A DNA stretch of 64,000 nucleotides from Octopus vulgaris (taxonomy: Eukaryota). Shown one piece after another: positions 51,849-64,000 of this stretch (the stretch's first letter is position 1; every line of letters begins with the position of its first letter). Made by a program: the position numbers and the translations under genes. The notes beneath the pieces were generated by a model that made no database searches, was not told the DNA's origin, and worked only from the letters and a program-made list of their open reading frames with translations. The DNA lies in NCBI GenBank assembly GCA_951406725.2, contig OX597819.1:94550001-94614000 (forward strand), in the 5' to 3' direction.

Positions 51849-52424
51849 ATGATAACACTGACTACAGTAATGAACACAGGAAAAACAATAGATATAATTC
51901 AAGTTTCAATAAACAAGAATTTATAGACACTTTCTGCTGACATGGTTAAAAGTAACCTTGCAATGTTAAACCAACAAGGGAGCTTCTATGCAATTGTTTA
52001 ACCAACAAGAAATAGCAGCAAACTCTCCCTGCCTTTAAGAGACTTATTTTTAGAATTATATATCACAGCATGAGTGTGTAAGTAGAGAGAATTATTAAGA
52101 GCAATTTGAATGCCAAGTTAATAAAAAACTAAAAGCACTAGAATGATGAAAGCACGAGAACCTGTACAGCTGATGCTAGCTCATGTATGTTAACATGCAT
52201 GCATATACACAAGCATGTATGGCTGCATGGTTAAGAAGTTCGTTTTGCAAACACATGGTTTCTGGTTCAAACCCATCATGTTACTTTGGGCAAATTACTA
52301 TACCCTCTATCAAATTTCAATTCCAATGCCTTGTAATTTGGTAGGCAGAAACCCCTCACATGTGTGCACACATGCAATTCTTGTTGACATCACTTCAGCA
52401 GTAGTATGTCTCTCATAAGCAAAA

Positions 52425-52810
52425 TGTCTGGCAGTGCTGTGTGAAGAAGGGTGTGATCAGTCCTTTGAATGGAAGTCAGCCAAATACAAGAGCCTTCTGC
52501 AGGATTGCAGGAAGAAGTATAGTTATTGCTTTTCTCAGTCAAGATTAGTTGTAGGGGATTCCCTGCTGGTCAGTATGAAGGATGCTTACAACCACTGGAA
52601 TGAGAGGAAAGGAGTGAAAAGTGGTTGTGCACAGGATGGAAGAGGCAGCAGAAGGAATCTCTTGCTAGTTATAGAGCAAAAGAGAGGAATTAACCTGGAA
52701 GCCAGGAGATGATGAGCAGTGATTTCGCCACTTTTGCTGACCCACCAACAGGAGGATATCACAGTTCAGAGACAAAACACCCAATGATTGTTGGATACCA
52801 TCTGATGACA
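52425..52810 (+). mobile_element. HERO/NeSL-like RLE-LINE 3' remnant
   Basis: V.CEEGCDQSFEWKSAKYKSLLQDCR resembles the RLE C-terminal VPWEE..A.ERK..KY motif. Confidence 0.55.
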
Positions 52811-53332
52811 TTCACTTTGGTGAATGGAAAAGAAATGCCTTCTAGGTATTATCAATAACATAATACAGGTGCAGAAATGGCTGAGTGATTAAGAAATCTG
52901 CATCCCAATTACATGGTTTGGGGTTTAGTCCCACTGGATAGCAACCTGAGCATGTGTCTTCAGCCAAAGCATTGTGAGTAGATCTGGTAAGCAATCGTGT
53001 GTGTGTGTGTGTGTGTGTATATATAAGGACTGAGATGTCAGACATGAAGTTCTCAGAAAGATATGCCCACCCCAGTAAAACTGAGTTTTGGACGCACTGT
53101 GTATATTGTACTCTCCATTGATTCACTCTACTGCCACTGAACTACTCTCATCATGTACTACATCTACCTCTTCCCCCAATGCTCCTGCAGTATACCCCAC
53201 CTTATCTCTTATTCTCCCACTCAACTACACCATTACTGTCATTTCTCCCCACCCCACCCTACATTTATCTGCCTCGACTCATCAATCTTCAGCCTGTCCA
53301 CCTGTTTTTTTTATAATAATTGTAAGCTACCT

Positions 53333-56300
53333 ATATAAAGTTGTCACTGTCGCTGCTAGAGTAATACAACCCGAGCTGATATTTTTTGAGCGGAAGAGTG
53401 AAAGAAAGTGAAAAATTGTAGAAAGAGACGTAACGGGATTGAATCGTGCGAGGCGCTTGTTGCTGCGTGTCGTTACTTTATAGAAGGAGCATCGACCCTC
53501 AGTCGACCGTTATTGTTGTTACCTTTATTGAAAGGAACTGTACGTGAGGGTAGGCCAAATTATGGCAAGCCCGACGGCAGACCTAAGTGAGGCGAAAACG
53601 GCAAGCTGAGTAAACCAAAGCCCACGAAGAACGGCTAGCCAAATGGTTAGCCCAGAAAAAGAAGAAGAGCCGGAAATAATCGGCATACCGCTTTTTTCGG
53701 ACTCTGACGAAGAGAAGGAAAATGTGACAAAAAAAAAAGCTGCACGTTCGAAGGAACATTGACGTGCCGAGTCTGGCAAAAAAACAACTTAATTTTGCAG
53801 AGGCAGCAGGCACAAAGGAGAAGATTGAGCTCTCAAACCTGGACGAGCTAAAAAAAGACATGAAAAAGGAGGGGTATGAAACAAAAATCGAACAGACAAA
53901 GGAAATACAAGAGGACATTGAAAAGAAGACTATCATTTACAAAACGTATAAAAACAAGGAAAGGAGAATTGAGTTCTCAGCAGAAAAAGAAGTAGAAGAC
54001 TGTCTCAAGCCCATCTGGGACAAGGTGAAGTATATCGCAAGAGGAAAGAGATACGGAACTGTAGAGGTGAGGTTCATGTCCGAGGAGGAAGCGAGACTTC
54101 ACTCTATGAATCCGCTCAGAACAGAAACGGTGACACTTTGGCCCGTCTATATGGGCAGGATATCGAAAATAACAGTAGCAAACATCCCTCCGGAGATCGA
54201 ACCGGAGAAGATAGTGGCAGCAGTCACTTTGGGATTAGAAGAAAGGCTGGAAATAAGAGATGCCACAGTCGAAGAAACGGAGAAATGGAAAGGTAAAAAA
54301 GTAAAAATTATTTTGCAGGCGGAACCAGCCACACTTGAAGAAATAAGCGAAATAATTGAAGTTGATGACAACAGACTACCAGTGATGGTTGAGGGCCGAC
54401 AGCCCAGGAGCTTCGCCTGTGGAAAAAAAGGGGCACCTGAAGAAAAACTGTAAACCGGTGGAAGAAGGGAAAAAGACGCAAGAGTCTACTACCCCGGTAG
54501 TACACCCGATAATAGCACCCATACCCGAAGAAGGGGAGGGGTGGATGCAAACAAAAAAAAGAAAACATAAAAATCCCTCCCCGGAGAAAACAAAAAGTGG
54601 AAAAACGAGAGAGATAAAAAAAAGCGAAGAAGCCAGAGAAAGACAACCAAGTGTATGCAGCGATAAAATCTTCCAACAGAGAAATCATGAGGAGGATAGA
54701 AACGCACCACATAGAAGAAGTGGAGACAGAGGAGGCAGGCGAATGGAGAAGCTACAGAATGGGGCAGAAAATGTTCAATCTATTGGTGAATGACTTCAGA
54801 AATGATGTCTGCCCCTCGAGAATGAGTGCAGAGGATGCTAAAAAGGATGCAGACAGTAATAACACCAACTTGCCGATTCCACAGGCCCAAGAAGCAGAAG
54901 GGATGGGTTCCCTCCGTCCTCCAGACCCAGATGAAACAAGGTTGGTGAATTATGGCAGTTCATGTAGGTTGTTTGAATGTGCACGGCCTGATATCAAACT
55001 GGAAACAGGGGCGTTTCCTAAATGATATCAGGTCGCAGAATTTAGATGTTGTCGCTACTGAGACTCGAGTGGAAGGTCCAAGAGATCTACTCCTGCTCCT
55101 GGATGGCTATGAGAAATTTATTTCTCCTGGCCGGCGGGGGGGGCGGGTCCTGCTTAAAAGAAATCGAGTTTCTGGGAAAAAGTTAATTTTTTCTGACTCA
55201 GAAAGTAGGCTGGTCGTCTTAGATCTGACGTTCAGTTGTGGCAAGGAAATCAGGCTGGTGGCGGTGTACGCACCCAATTCGCATCAGACTGATTTTTTTT
55301 CGAGACCTGGAGAAGTTTCTTGGCACGTCAAAATCCATAGTCATGCTAGGGGACTTTAACGCTATAGTCGATGCGCGTGTTGATAGCAGTGGCTCTAAAG
55401 ATAGGAAACCAAACAGTGGCTTCCGGGATCTACTTAGTCGCTTTCAGCTGGTAGATCCCTACAGACTTGAATTCCCGAACGCTCCACAGAGGACGTGGTC
55501 AAATAGCGACGGGTCTGTCAGGTCCCATATAGATAGAATTCTTATTGGAAAAATAGATAAAGACATAGTTAAGTGTCCACAGCTTCACCCGGTCAGTTAC
55601 AGTGATCACAAGATGGTCACTGGCAAACTGCACCTAGATAAGTTATGTAGAAAGGGATCCGGTTACTGGAAACTCAATAAGTCCCTTTTGGCTATTGAGG
55701 ATTTCAGAAGCCGGATTAAGTTATTAAATCAGAGGGCGTTAACCGGTTCCATTATTAACAACAAATGGTGGTACGCCCTCAAGAGAGCCATTAAATACGA
55801 GTCCATTAGATACAGCATAGGACTAGTAGCTAGTGGGCGTAGAAAAGAAATGGGGTTAGTTAAGGCCTTAGAGGAAGCCATGAGATCTGGCGATGGAGCC
55901 CAGGTTAGGCTGAAAAGACTGGAATTAAACCAGCACCTCGAAGCCAAACACATGGGTTGTATTGTCAGAGCTAGAATCCACGCAATGGGTGCGAGGGTAT
56001 TAGGGCTGCCGGATGGGCACAAATTGTGGAACCTCAACATGGAAACGATTCCACAATCAAGTCTGTGACGAACGAACAAGGCGATGTGGTAACTGAACCA
56101 GAGGAGATGTGTCGGACGTTTCAGGAGCACTTCGCCCAGCTTTTCGGGAGCGACGGCGGGCCGGGTGAGAGGACGGACCTTACAGACCTCCTCGCCGGGC
56201 TGCTGCGCCTCTCGGGGCAGGACGCGGAGAGCTGTGAAGGGTCAATCTCGCCTGAGGAGGTAGCTGAAGCCATGGCCGACTGTGGCAGAGGTAAGGTGCC

Positions 56301-59300
56301 GGGAATTGATGGTTTGCCCTACGAACTATATAAAAGTATGCCAGACTTGTTCGGGTACGTACTGGCGGCAGAATGGGTTCATTCCCAGATCTGTGCGCCG
56401 GGGAGTGGTGACGCTGATCAGGAAGGACTCAAGCAAGGGGGTTACAATAGATAACTTCAGGCCCACCACCCTGCTGAATGCAGAGGTGAAGATTTTGGCC
56501 AAGGTGTTAGCGAAAAGCTTGACGTGTGTCGCGGATGGCCTAAACGGGGAGACACAAACTTGTGCAGTCCCCGGAAGGACCATTCAGGATAATCTTCACC
56601 TTATACACTACACCATAGAAGGGTTCGGGAACAATTCTGGCAAAGGTGGGGCACTGGTCCATTTAGACCAGAGTAAAGCTTTCGATAGGGTGAACCATCG
56701 GTACCTGGTGTCTGTGCTTGCACAGTTCGGTCTGGGCATTGGTTTTCTCAGGTGGATTATACAGTTGTATCGAAAGCCCTGGTGAGGTCAACAAAGGTCA
56801 AGGTGCTGCTCCATGTATTTCTCCTGGAGCTGGTGGGCAGCGAATATCATGTCAGTGGTCCCTCGACCCGTGCGGAAGCCACACTGGCTCTCAGGGAGAA
56901 GGCCTTGCTCCAAGTGTTCCAGAAGGCGGTCAAGCAGGACTCAGGCCAGGATCTTGCCTGCTATGGAAAAGAGGGAGATTCCTCGGTGGTTGTTGCAGGA
57001 CTGCCGATCTCCTTTCCGCTTATAAATGTGGACGATTGTTGCATCCCGGAAATCTTGAGGGAGTTGTTCCCTGTCCCACATCGACTGGAACAGGCTGGTG
57101 AGCTGTTCGATACAGTCAGTCGGGAGGGACTCTGGAAGGTCATGGGAAAATTTGGTTGCCCTAGCAAATTTATTGCAATTGTCCGCCAGTTCCACGACGG
57201 AATGATAGCCAGAGTCCTTGAAGACGGCAACTCATCTGAAGTCTTCCAGGTGACCAACGGAGTCAGGCAGTGCTGTGTCCTGGCCCCAACACTGTTCAGC
57301 ATCATGTTCTCGGCAATGCTGTCCAACACCTTCAGGGACTGCAAGTCCGGTATCGACATCAAGTACAGGACGGACGGGAAATTTTTCAACTCCAGAAGAT
57401 TGCAGGCCGTCACAAAGGTGAAGGAGACAGTCATCAGATACTTTCTCGTTGCTGACGACTGCGCCCTTAACGCAATCGATGAGCAGGAGATGCAGCACAG
57501 GATGGACAGGTTCTCATCAGCCTGTGACAACTTCGGTCTCACCATCAGTGTCGAGAAAACCGAAGTGATGTTTCAGCCAGCCCCCGGCAAACAATACCAT
57601 GAGCCTCAGATAAAGGTGAACGGATGGATCCTACGAGCGGTGGAAAACTTCACCTACCTGGGCAGCACTCTCTCCTGCAATGCCAACATAGATGCTGAAA
57701 TCATCAACAGAATCTCCAAGGCAAGCAGCGCGTTTGGGAGACTGTGAAAGAAAGTCTGGGAGCAGAGAGGAATCAGCCTCAACACCAAGCTGAAAGTCTA
57801 CCGGGCAGTCGTGCTTACCACCCTACTATACGGCTGCGAGACGTGGACTGCTTACCGAAGGCACGAGTGCCAGATAAACAACTATCCACCTAAGGTGTCT
57901 TCGGAACCTCCTTCACATCCGCTGGCAGGACAAAGTCCCAGACACGGAAGTTCTGAAGCAGGCAGATCTCCCTAGCACCATCACGATCATGCGCAAGGCC
58001 CAGCTGAGATGGGCAGGCCACGTCTCCCACATGTCCGACACTCGCATCCCAAAACAGCTCTTCTACGGTGAACTCAGCCAGGACAAACGCAAAGTTGGAG
58101 GGCAGAAGAAGCGCTTCAAGGACAGTTTCAAAGTCTCTCTCAATGACTTCTCCATCGGCACAGAGCCTTGGGAGACACTTGCTGCCGACCGCTCATCCTG
58201 GCGCAGCGCAATCACCACAGGAGCAAAGACAGCCGAGGAGAGACGGATTCAGTCAGCAGAACAGAAACACCAGATGCGGAAAGCCAGAGCCACCTGCACC
58301 AATAGCACAGCCCCTACCCACTTCTGCGCCACCTGTGGGAGGGGCTTTCTTGCCTGGATAGGCCTCACCAGCCACCTCCGGTCTCATAGCAGCAATTCCA
58401 CCAAATGATGTCAATGGTCATCTTCGAACCCGAAGGACGAACATTATTATTATACAGTTGTACGACAACATCGACTCGATCATTCGGGTGAATGGCTTCC
58501 TTTCAAAGCCGTTCCACATCAAACGGTCAGCTCGTCAAGGGTGTCCGCTCTCCCCGCTTTTATATGTGATAGCTCTCGAGCCATTACTGCAAAAGCTGAG
58601 CACCATCCCGACGAACCCAGGAGGTGGAGGATCTGTTACAGCGTATGCGGACGACATCACCATCATCGTGACCAAGGTGGAACTCCTACAGAATGTGGGA
58701 GATACCATCAAGGCTTACGAGACGGTGACAGGAGCAAAAGTTAATCGGGAAAAGTCAGTCGGCTTGCAACTCGGCACCTGGAGGGGCATATCGATGCCTT
58801 CGAATAGCATCGTGGGATGCTGGACGGAGGGCCCGGTTAAATTGCTAGGGATCTGGTTTGGTCCAGATCTCCAGATAGAAAAGAACTGGTCGGAGGTGAC
58901 GAGCAAGGTGGCCCACGCGGTCAAGACTTGGTCTTGGCGGTGGCTATCCTTGAAAGGAGGGCAGAGGTGGCCAATGTGTTTATAGCATCAGTCATCACTT
59001 ACTGCCTAACCGTCGTTCCTTGTCCGGATTCGTGGTTAAGCAAGTTGGAGAGGCAAATCTTTCACTTTTTGTGGAAGGGTAACCCTCCTCTTGTGAGACG
59101 TTCTATTTGCTGTCAGAAGCTATTAAAGGGTGGGCTAGGGATGCCTTGGCTGTTGATGCGCAGACATGCGCCGAGATTGAGGCATCTTTGGCTCTACCTG
59201 GATGGTGAACGGGTGTAGTCCCCGCTTGCGAGGCAGATGTTCCCCAGCTTTGCCAGTTTTGGTGGTAGAGAAACCTGGTATCGTCGCAGACTTATGTCGA

Positions 59301-60232
59301 GCATGTGGTATTCAGAGTGCCGCAAGGCCCTCTTCCACCTCCGCAAGTCGGGCAATGCCGGTGGCTTTGGTACCACCGCAGCCTTTTATAGTAGGTTGGT
59401 AGAGGCCGGAAATGACGATGCCCTGGGAAGGACCTTGGGTCTCGATAATAATCAGTTAGACAGCCTGTTCCAAAGGACATTCGGACCGAGGACGCTGGAT
59501 AACTTTCAGAAGTCTTTGGCCTGGCAATGTTACAGAGGAGCCTTACCCGTTCGGGATAAACTCACAAGGCATGGTTGGAGTGGACCATCGAACTGTCCAA
59601 GATGCGAGCGGGATGCGGAAACAGTCCCGCACGCTATTGTTCAGTGCCCGGAAATTTCGGACGTGTGGGTTTATGCAGAACACCTGTTGTCGGACGGAAG
59701 AAGAGTACAGCTATCGGCTGAGACAATTCTAAAAATTGACTCGCCTAGTTTCTTGACAAATGAAGGTAAGCATTGCTTTCTCGTCATAGTAGCAGTCGCG
59801 AAAGAGATTATATGGAAGACCAGAACGAAAGACACCATGATCTCTGGCCTCGCCTTGGTGAACTTCTTTAAGTTCCACCTAAAAAGAAAGGTTGAGTTAG
59901 AGAAAAGGTGTCTGTCAGTATGCAAGTTTCAAAAAAGATGGAAGTGTGTTGCACGATTGCTGGGAGTGAAAGTCACTGCATGAACATGCCATAAGTCAAC
60001 TACCAAGGTTTCAGTGGGGAAAAACAGCTCGTGGAGTCGGCAATCCTGTTTTTTTCTGCTTCATGCGTCCTTTTTGTGTTATTTCGTCAAATGTGTAACA
60101 TTCGATTTTCGATTTAATTGTAATTTCATTGTATTTTTACCATCATTTAATGTTTTACATCATTTTAACATGACCCCAATCATGTTGTACTGTCCCCCTC
60201 TATGTTGGCCCCTTGTGGGTAATAAAGAAATA
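53333..60232 (+). mobile_element. Full-length L1/Tx1-clade LINE (5' UTR, ORF1 ~53562-54950, ORF2 54952-59983, 3' UTR); frameshifted and carrying an RTE insertion
   Basis: 18-bp TSD aataattgtaag(c/a)tacct at 53315-53332 and 60233-60250. ORF1 has an RRM-like region and zinc knuckle. ORF2 has APE (GCLNV, GDFN, SDH), RT (PGIDGLP, LDQSKAFDRV, QGCPLSP, YADD) and CPRC..ET.PH...C. Confidence 0.95.
56770..58448 (+). mobile_element. 5'-truncated, 5'-inverted RTE (BovB/Expander-like) LINE
   Basis: 14-bp TSD attatacagttgta at 56756-56769 and 58449-58462. 56770-57105 is inverted. The sense part runs FDTVSR...ADDC...FTYLGS...QLRWAGHV...CATCGR and ends in an (ATT)n tail. Confidence 0.95.
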
Positions 60233-61142
60233 AATAATTGTAAGATACCTCCCATCCCTTCCTCTTCCCCATACAATCTCGCAAATCACCCCATCCACTT
60301 CTCACCTCATACCTTAAGGGGCTACTTGGACATCTCATTGGCACTATCTCTCTGCAGCACCTACTGATCATTCTTTCCCTCCCCTACTGATTTACAAATT
60401 GGAGCAACTGACTGCTTTTTTCTACCTCAAAACATCCAGTCTAAGAGAATATATCAGGCCAGCAGACTGAGTCAAGTAGGGTTATATCTTGCTAAAGACA
60501 CAACAAAACAAAACTCCACAGGCCATCCCTATGAAGATGCTCAACCTGCTATAAATAACACCTAAATTTCCACCCAATCATTTCAAAGAATAAAAAAAAA
60601 AAAAAAAAATCATTGGACAAGTCCATGATATACCAAAAAAAAAAAAAAAAAAACTTATGATGGATGGAATATCATTCATCATAAGACTGCTCAATCAAAA
60701 TATAACCTGAATCTATACAACAAAATGGTTTTTTTTTTTTTAATGGTTCCTTAACAGTTTGAAATAATGCAACTATTAGCCCAGCACATTAACCAAATAT
60801 TTGAATCTTTCTTAGTGATCATAATATTAAAGTTTTATTTAATTGTACTGGAACTACTGAAGATAAGTTCATTAGAAAACTAAAATTTCATGACACTAAA
60901 ACAAAAACAAAAACTGTTCTAGGAGGAGGTGAAACTAACATTGCATTGCTGTTATATTTCATCCTCTGTTCTTTCTCCTCCACTTTCACTTACATATATC
61001 TCTATAAATAAATGATTTTATATATACAGAACTGAAATTCAGGAGAAATTGTATTGGTGAATTCCTTTCTTTCTTGATAAAGAAAGAAAGTTTGCAATAT
61101 CATATACCAGACACTTATGTCTTAAAACATTGTCAAAGTGTG

Positions 61143-61350
61143 CTATGAGCTATACCAGTGTATGCATCCTCCTTTCTGACTTGTTATAAGCCATAATTGA
61201 TTGACAGAATGGAAAACTGTGACACTAGAAATATTAGAACAATAAATAGATGCCATTAAATAACCAGAGAACAGGTCCCAAAGTCCAAGGATATTTTCAT
61301 TAAATGACACAAATGTTTTGTCAAATACATGAGCTGACGTCATTTTCAAG
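61143..61350 (-). CDS. PALB2: PALB2-like WD40 protein, last coding exon
   Basis: Poly-T tract plus ag| acceptor, phase 2. Encodes SLKMTSAHVFDKTFVSFNENILGLWDLFSGYLMASIYCSNISSVTVFHSVNQLWLITSQKGGCIHWYSS*, resembling the PALB2 C-terminus IAIWDLLLGQCTALL...LLAGQKDGNIFVYHYS* (from recall). Minus-strand AATAAA at 60834-60839. Confidence 0.75.
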
Positions 61351-61987
61351 CTAAAAAAAAAAAAAAGAAAAAAGTATACTTTCATACTGAAGCAGACGTT
61401 TTTAAGAAGATAAGAAATAAATTCAAGCAAAAATTATAAAGAAACAATGTGAATGTGCATAAGAAAATATCAGTCGAAATATACATTCTAATATGGGTCC
61501 ATTTGGTAACGGCAGATAATCTGTCTAGGGCTGAGAGGAAGGATGCAATAAAATGTAACCAGTCCAAGCTGTAAAGTGGTTGACAATGGAAAGGTGGTAA
61601 AAAAAAACCCATGTTAAAACATAACATGCAACAACATAAGCTAGCAGGTTTCTTTATTGTAGTTGTGTGTAACGGAAGGCCACAACAAATGATGAAACCA
61701 GAACCAGATGGAGGAAATTAGGTATGATGAGAATATTTGCTGCCACCACCATCACCACTACTTTAATGTCTAATTTGTTTTTGCAATTCCTACATACCAT
61801 ACCTCCATTTAACCTCAACTTTTTCTCTTAATTTCTCCTGACGTCTCACATGATTTCAAATAACTACATTTCAAAATGCTAGTGGAAGAAGGGTGTGATC
61901 AAGCCTTATGACATCTCAATCTGATAAAAATAGGAGCTAAATTTCTCCCAAACCACAAACTGAAGTAAAAAAAAAAAGAAAAAAGTA

Positions 61988-62112
<125 letters not shown>

Positions 62113-62704
62113 TGATCATATGATAAAGAATTTCACATTCAGATTCATTGAATGACAGCATGGTTGACCGATAACTTGCTAATGGTAAATGGTTGATGCA
62201 AACAATGAGCACACCCATTCTATGCACACACACACGCACGCACACACACAAATATGAGCTTGAGAGACTGAATGACAAATTTTAAGATCTAAAAACCTAC
62301 CAGAAATATTGATTGGTACATTCAAGAGGGATAGTTTACACTAAGTATGTATGTATCATCATCATGCTGGCATGGGTTGGACAGTTTGACTGGCCAATCC
62401 ATGTATGCATATTTTGCCAAAGAATGACTCAAATCAGTATCAAACAAAAAAATAGCTAATTAAGTTATATTCATTGATGTCAAGGTTGTATTAGCCAATC
62501 AATAAACAGAGTCCAATAAAAAACAAGAAGTACTAGAGAGGATTTAATTGACAAAAAGACTGAAAGTAGTGTTTCAGCAGTTGCTGTCTTAAGATCGAAA
62601 CCGCAAAAGTCATGAAAATTTACATCAGCATCAACAAAAGAATAAAAATTGTAACATTTTAATTTTAGAGCAATGTAGTTGAAAGAAAAAGGTAGAATTC
62701 ATAC

Positions 62705-62813
62705 CTTGTATTGAAGTGTGGAATCTTTTCATATGAAAGTAGTTTGCTGACCATCGATGTTGTTGGATTCAAAGCAACAAAGCTTCCTAGTTGCAAGCCC
62801 TCTTTAAATAATA
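62705..62813 (-). CDS. PALB2: PALB2-like WD40 protein, penultimate coding exon
   Basis: Minus-strand acceptor tttccag| and donor AG|gtatga enclose a 109-nt open exon, LFKEGLQLGSFVALNPTTSMVSKLLSYEKIPHFNT, resembling PALB2 FQLIVINPKTTLSVGVMLY (from recall). Phase 2 matches the next exon. Confidence 0.72.
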
Positions 62814-64000
62814 CTGGAAATATTACATGACCCTTAAAAAAAAAAAAAAAAAAAAAAAAATTGTAAAAAATTTTGGTCGATATTCTATATGCACTTCATC
62901 ATTTAACGTCCGCTTTCCATGCTAGCATGGGTTGGACGGTTCAACTGGGGTCTGGGAAGCCCGAAGGCTGCACCAGGCCAGTCAGATCTGGCGGTGTTTC
63001 TACAGCTGGATGCCCTTCCTAACGCCAACCACTCCATGAGTGTAGTGGGTGCTTTTTATGTGCCATCGACACAGGTGCCAGACAAGGCTGGTGAATGGCC
63101 ACGCTCAGATGGTGCTTTTTTATGTGCCACCGGCACGGATAACTGTATATTTTGAAATAGATGGCTTATAGCTACATTGCAAATTCTTCCTGATGTAAGC
63201 TACAATTGCCATGGTGGACTAGTGCTTAAGGTGTTGAACGACTGAGCTTTGTCATCAATCCCCTTCCAAACACTAAACAGGCATTCAAGAAATTACATCA
63301 ACATTATCCCACTATCAAACTGATCTCTCACTACATCTAATATAATGGGCTGTTCTTCATGATATCAACCTGCACTTAAACCTAATGCACTTGACACATC
63401 TGTTCCCCAGCTTCCTCTTACCGCCAGGGTAAATCAACCTCCCTCTTTTACTTCAACAATCATAAAGAAGCTAGCCTCTACATGTTTGCACAACCTATTA
63501 GAAATAATAGCAAAATTTCCCCTAGCATCTTAAGATTTGTTAGATCATGTGGTCCTGAGTAGACTATTTCTTAAATAGAAAGAAGGGGATGGTCAACAAT
63601 TGAATTCATTTGAACAGAAGTTTGGTTACTCAGAAATAAATTGGGGCTAAATAGCAACAACTAATCACTGGACCAATCCTTTTTCTCAAGTAATTCATAC
63701 TTTTGTTTTCTTCTCAGAAATTAAAGATTTAAAATATTAGTTGACAGACCCCAACTAAATAACACTATCTCCAGGTCATCTCTTCTATTCAAACTATGTG
63801 AATTTTTATTAAACATTCTTCAAGTCAAAAGGTCAAAATGCATTGACAAAGATCACTCAAAAGTCACTTTATATGTCAAGTATACAATATATATATTTCT
63901 ATTCCAACCCATATACAAACTGCTAATTTTGATGCTGTGTAGCCCTACATCAGCTCTGATGGAGCAAGCCTATGGCAGTCAGTCAGTCAGTAAACAAGGT

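Noticed and set aside
56752-57747. 331-aa ORF as a novel fusion protein
   Set aside because: The N-terminal third is the antisense read of the inverted RTE segment, so the continuity is a by-product of the inversion.

Overview
Eukaryotic, AT-rich genomic DNA. The SINE and RTE-tail families look like those of octopus or another cephalopod (inference). Two host genes converge from the window edges. The last three coding exons of an ABCC/MRP1-type ABC transporter lie on + (118-3498), and the last two coding exons of a PALB2-like WD40 gene lie on - (62813-61143). The ~52 kb between them (about 9-60 kb) is densely packed with nested, mostly decayed transposons. These include at least 8 L1/Tx1-clade LINE copies (one full length with an 18-bp TSD, one apparently ORF1-only), a tandemly duplicated R2-like element outside rDNA, RTE, CR1-like, Penelope, HERO-like, mariner/Tc1, hAT, MITEs and tRNA-derived SINEs. 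About 20 of the protein-coding elements are on + and only about 3 on -, which is the architecture of a uni-strand (flamenco-like) piRNA cluster transcribed from the - strand; this is a hypothesis. Other notable structures are a 377-bp-arm inverted repeat carrying promoter motifs, a twin-primed RTE insertion, and a splice-donor motif conserved at the ORF1/ORF2 junction of the Tx1-like LINEs. Family assignments come from motif recognition by eye, with no database searches.
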